A stretch of 64,000 bases of DNA, from NCBI RefSeq assembly GCF_009914755.1, contig NC_060930.1; one strand, 5' to 3'. Below are positions 59,845 to 64,000 of the stretch, one piece after another (positions within the stretch are counted from its first letter, which is position 1; each line of letters opens with the position of its first letter). The notes beneath the pieces were generated by a model. That model was not told where the DNA came from, searched no databases, and saw only the letters and a list, made by a program, of their open reading frames with translations. Source of the DNA: the human T2T-CHM13v2.0 reference genome, Homo sapiens. The position numbers and the translations under genes are program-made.

Positions 59845-60509
59845 CATATCTTGGCTGTTTTGAATAGTACTGCAATACATATGGATTAGAGATATTTCTT
59901 CACATACAGATTTCCTTTCCTCTGAATATATATCCAGTAGTGGAACTGATGGGTCATATGTTACTTCTGTTTTTAGTTTTGTACAAACATTCCATATTGT
60001 TTTCCATAATGGCTGCACTAATTTACATTCCCACCAAAAATGTATGCATTCCTCTTTCTCTGCATCCTTGCCTGCATTTGTTATTTTTTGTCTTTTCATA
60101 GTAGCCATCCTGAGATGAGATGATATCTCATTTTGGTTTTGATTTGTATCCCTCATGCTTACTGATGTTGAACATTTTTTCATATACCTGTTGGCCATCT
60201 GTATCTCTTTTTTAAAAAGATATCTATTAAACTCATTTGCCCATTTTTAAATTGGATTATTTGTATTTTTGCTGTTGAGCTGTTTGAGTACTTAGTATGT
60301 TCTGGATATTAATTCCTTGTCAGATAAATAGTTGAAAATATTTTCTTCCATTTTTCATGTTGTCTCTTCACTCTGCTGATTATTTCCCATATTGTACAAC
60401 AGCTTTTCAGTTTGCTCTAATCTCATTTGTCAATCTTAGCTTTTGTTTTCAGTGTTTTTGAGGTTTTCTTCATGAAATCATTGTCCAGACCAATGTCCTG
60501 ATGCATAGA

Positions 60510-63500
60510 AAGACAATCTCACTTATGTGTGGTTTTCTTATTATAAGGTTTGATCTTTTTATTTTTATCCTTTGTGTATCAGCTCTGACAATGAGTATTA
60601 TACATTTGTGAGTTTTCATGATAGTGATTATTATCTCTTTGCTTCCAGATGTAGGGCTTCCTTGAGCATTTCTTCTAGGAGCCGTGCAGTGTTGCTAAAC
60701 TTCCTCAGTTTTTGCTTGACTGTGAAAGACTCTAATTCTCCCTCATTTCTGGATGATAGATTTGCTTGGTATGGTATTCTTTGTTGGCAATTATTTTTCT
60801 TTCAGTGCTTTGAATGTTTCTTTCTATTCTCTGTTAATCTAAAAGATTACTGTGGAGAAATCTGCTTTTAGTCTAATTGGGATTACCTTGTAGTGACTTG
60901 ATACTTTTGCTGTATTTAGAATTCTGTTTTCTGTCTTTGTCTTTGACTTTTGACAATTTACTATAATGTACTTTGGAGGAGGATTTTTTAGGTTGAATTT
61001 ATTTGGGGACCTTTGATCTTCCTGGATCTGGATGTCCACATTCCACCTCCCTGCCCCGCCCCCCCCCACCCCCACAAGACTTGAAAAGTTTTCAGCTATC
61101 ATTTTATTAAATAGGTATTCTATACTTCCTCTCTTGTTTTTCCCTTCTGGAACTCCCATAATATGAATATTTGTTACCTTAATAATGTCTCATAAGTCTT
61201 GTAGGCTTTCTTTACTCTTTTCCATTTTTATTTATTTTTTCTTTTGTATCAGTAATTACAAACAATCTATCAGCAATTCCAATGATTCTTTGTTCTGTTT
61301 GATAAAGTCTGCTGTTGCTGCTTTCTATTGTATTTTCTCTTTCATTCATTGAATTCTTTTTTTAAATAATTTCAACTTTTATTTTACACTCAGAGGATAC
61401 ATACGCAGGCTTGTTACATGGGCATATTGCATGATGCTGAGGTTTGGTATATGATTTTGTAACCCAGGAAGTGAGTATAGTATCCAATAGTTATTTTTCA
61501 ACCCTTGCCCCCTTTCACCCTGCCTCTGTTAGTTCCAAGTGTCTATTGTTGCTGCCTTTATGTACATGAGTACCCAATGTTTAGCTCCCACTTATAAGTG
61601 AGAACAAGTGGTATTTGCTTTTCTGTTCCTACACTAATTCACTTAGGATAATGGCCTCCAGTTGCATCCATGTTACTGCAAAAGACATGATTCCATGTTT
61701 TATTGCTCTGTAGTATTCCATGGTGTATAGGTATCACATTTTCTTTACCTTTAACAACTGATGGGCACTTATGTTGATTCATGTCTTTGCTATTGTGAAT
61801 AGTGCTGCTAAATGTATAAGTGCATATGTTTCTCTGGTAGAACAATTTATTTTCTTTTGGATACATACCCTGTAATGCGATTGCTGGGTCAAATGGTAGC
61901 TCTGTTTGAAGTTCTTTGAAAAAGCTTCAAACTGCTTTTTACAGTTAGTGCAATTACATTTCCACTAAGAGTGTATGTGTTTCATTTCCTCTGCAGCCTT
62001 GACCACATATGTTGTTTTTGACTTTTTAATAGTTATCCTGACTACTATGGAGTGGTATCTCACTGTGGCTCTGATTTGTACTTCAATGATGATTAGTGAT
62101 GATGATTAGTGATGATTTTCATGTCTGCTAGCTGCCTATATATGTTATTTTGAGAAGTGTCCGTTCATGTCTTTTGCCCACTTTTTACTTGGGTTATTTG
62201 TTTTTTGTTTGTTGATTTGTTTAAATTCCTTATAGATTCTAGATATTAGACCTTTATTGGATTGATAGTTTGTAAATATTTTCTCCCATTTTGTAGGTTG
62301 TCTGTTTACTCTGTTGATAGTTTATTTTGCTGTGCATAAGTTCTTTTGCTATGCAGAGGTTCTTTAGTTTAAACTGCAGGATTTCAGTTTGATTCTTTTT
62401 TCATGGTTTCTATCTCTTTGTTTTACTTATCATTCATATTGTGAATTATTTCCTGGTTTTGCTAAATTATCTGTCTGTTCCATTGTATCTCATTGAGTTT
62501 CCTTAAAATCAATTATTTTGAAGTCCTTTTCTGGTAATTTATTGATTTCAATTTCATTGGGATCTCTTACTAGAGAATTATGTTTCTTTGGTGGTGTCAC
62601 ATTTTATTTGGTTTTTGCAGTTTTTTGTGTGCCTGCATTGACGTCTGTGTATCTGGTGGGGCAATGACCTCTTCCATAGTTTCTAGAGTGGCTTTCATAG
62701 AGAAAGAATTTCACCTCCAGTTGGGTTTTAGTGTGCCAGTTGAGAAGGATGTAGAGACGGTGTTTCCAGATAAGTGCAGTGTTACAGTCTCCATGTAGCT
62801 TCTTCAGCTGTGTTCAACATCAGCAATAAACTGTGAATGTCTCAGTAGTCTAGGCTGTAGAGTTCAGGTGTTTGAAGCAACTGTGGGGTCAAGGTCCTAG
62901 GCTCAGAATCTCACAAACTTATTACGACAGCTTGGTCTTAGGGTATAGGTTTATGTTCTGTGGCACGGTTGAATGCAGGCTGCCTACAAAGCCAGGATCT
63001 GTGACTCTGAGATATTTCCTAGCTGCTTGGGCCAAGGGACCAGGCTGTAGCTATGATTCTACCCATGAAAGTCAGGGCACAGCATCGGCCCAACTCTAGG
63101 GGAAAAGAAGTGCTCTGGAGGATTGGTCCTAGAAGGTAGGGTAAAGTTGCAATTCAGAAACTTGAGCCAATACATCTTAATGGCAATTCAGGTCCCGAGA
63201 ATTGAGACATTGTGCAGTAGTGACCCTTGACCCTGTGATGGTGGGGCTTGGCAGTATCCCAGACTCTGTGAATCCAGACACAGTGGTAGCAAGTACTCCA
63301 GACTGGCAGAGCACAGATGTTGTTTGGGCCCTGGTGGAGAAGAACAGAAAACAGTATAGCAATAACCCCACTCCCCAAGAACAGCGATATTTCAGCAGCA
63401 AAGACTCTAGAGGGCTAGTCCAGCTCAAGGGAAGCAGAATATTAGAGTTTAGTAGTTTGGCCTGTAGGGTGGGGTCTCTCAAATCAACCAGTGCTCTGTT

Positions 63501-64000
63501 CTCCTGGAATGCAGTGTACTATGTCAGCTCATCCCTGGAATGAGCAGCAGCCCAGCTGGGCCAGGGCACCAATTCCCCAGCAGGGCAATGTGCTACTTTA
63601 GCTCATAGCTGGAAGCATGATTTTTTCTGAGCAACCCAGGTACCATTTATCTGAGTTGCAGGGCACTGCTTCAATGTAGATACTGGAATGTGTGACTGCT
63701 CTAGGTAGACAAGGCATCATTTTTTAAAATGCAGGGTGCTACTTCAACTTGGGCATTAGGGAGGCATGACTGTTCTTAGTGGCCAAAGTACTGTTTTTCA
63801 AGGTGCAGGGTATTGCTTCAGCTCTGGTTTGAGGTGGGAGGGGAAGGGGTAGGTGGAGCAGCTCTACCTCCATTTGGTCCTATGGGTAAGGTTGTAACAG
63901 CTGCTCACAGCTCTCGTTGGGGATGTTGGGTCACAGTTGATGGTGGTTCAGTGATGGCTTAGCCTCAGGGATGAAGGGTAACTGTGGCTACTTGCTCCTG
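60510..64000 (-). mobile_element. Old L1M ORF1/5'UTR region interrupted by an L1PA16-like element
   Basis: ORF1 remnant MGVPEG...IAENFSSL...DIQIQE.QRSP...IRLKADFS, with a repetitive 5'UTR-like region beyond about 62700. Confidence 0.8.
61357..62370 (-). mobile_element. L1PA15/16-like 3' fragment
   Basis: TTTCAACTTTTATTTTA...TTGTTACATGGG...TTAGCTCCCACTTATAAGTGAGAAC. Confidence 0.88.

Overview
Primate (almost certainly human) AT-rich, CpG-poor intronic or intergenic DNA, roughly half transposon-derived. There is no intact protein-coding gene, rRNA/tRNA gene or CRISPR array. The long ORFs in the supplied track come from L1 ORF2 remnants, Alus and simple repeats. The one gene-derived feature is an old, 5'-truncated, intronless processed pseudogene of POLD1 (DNA polymerase delta catalytic subunit) at about 43197-43883 (+), which the ORF track misses. 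Repeats: a twin-primed 5'-inverted L1PA3/4-like element with no clear TSD, older L1MA/MB/MC/PA16-like pieces, 14 Alu or Alu fragments, three MLT2 and several MaLR LTRs, L2/L3/MIR relics, a probable RTE-clade relic, and palindromic MITEs (MADE1, MER91A). One AluY has an 89-bp internal tandem duplication and another sits on an apparent deletion junction. There is also a CpG-rich 19-bp minisatellite carrying ETS/TEAD/E2F-like motifs, and several micro-rearranged patches. Subfamily names come from recalled consensus sequences and need RepeatMasker/Dfam confirmation. I found no convincing new biological system. The best leads are listed as findings.
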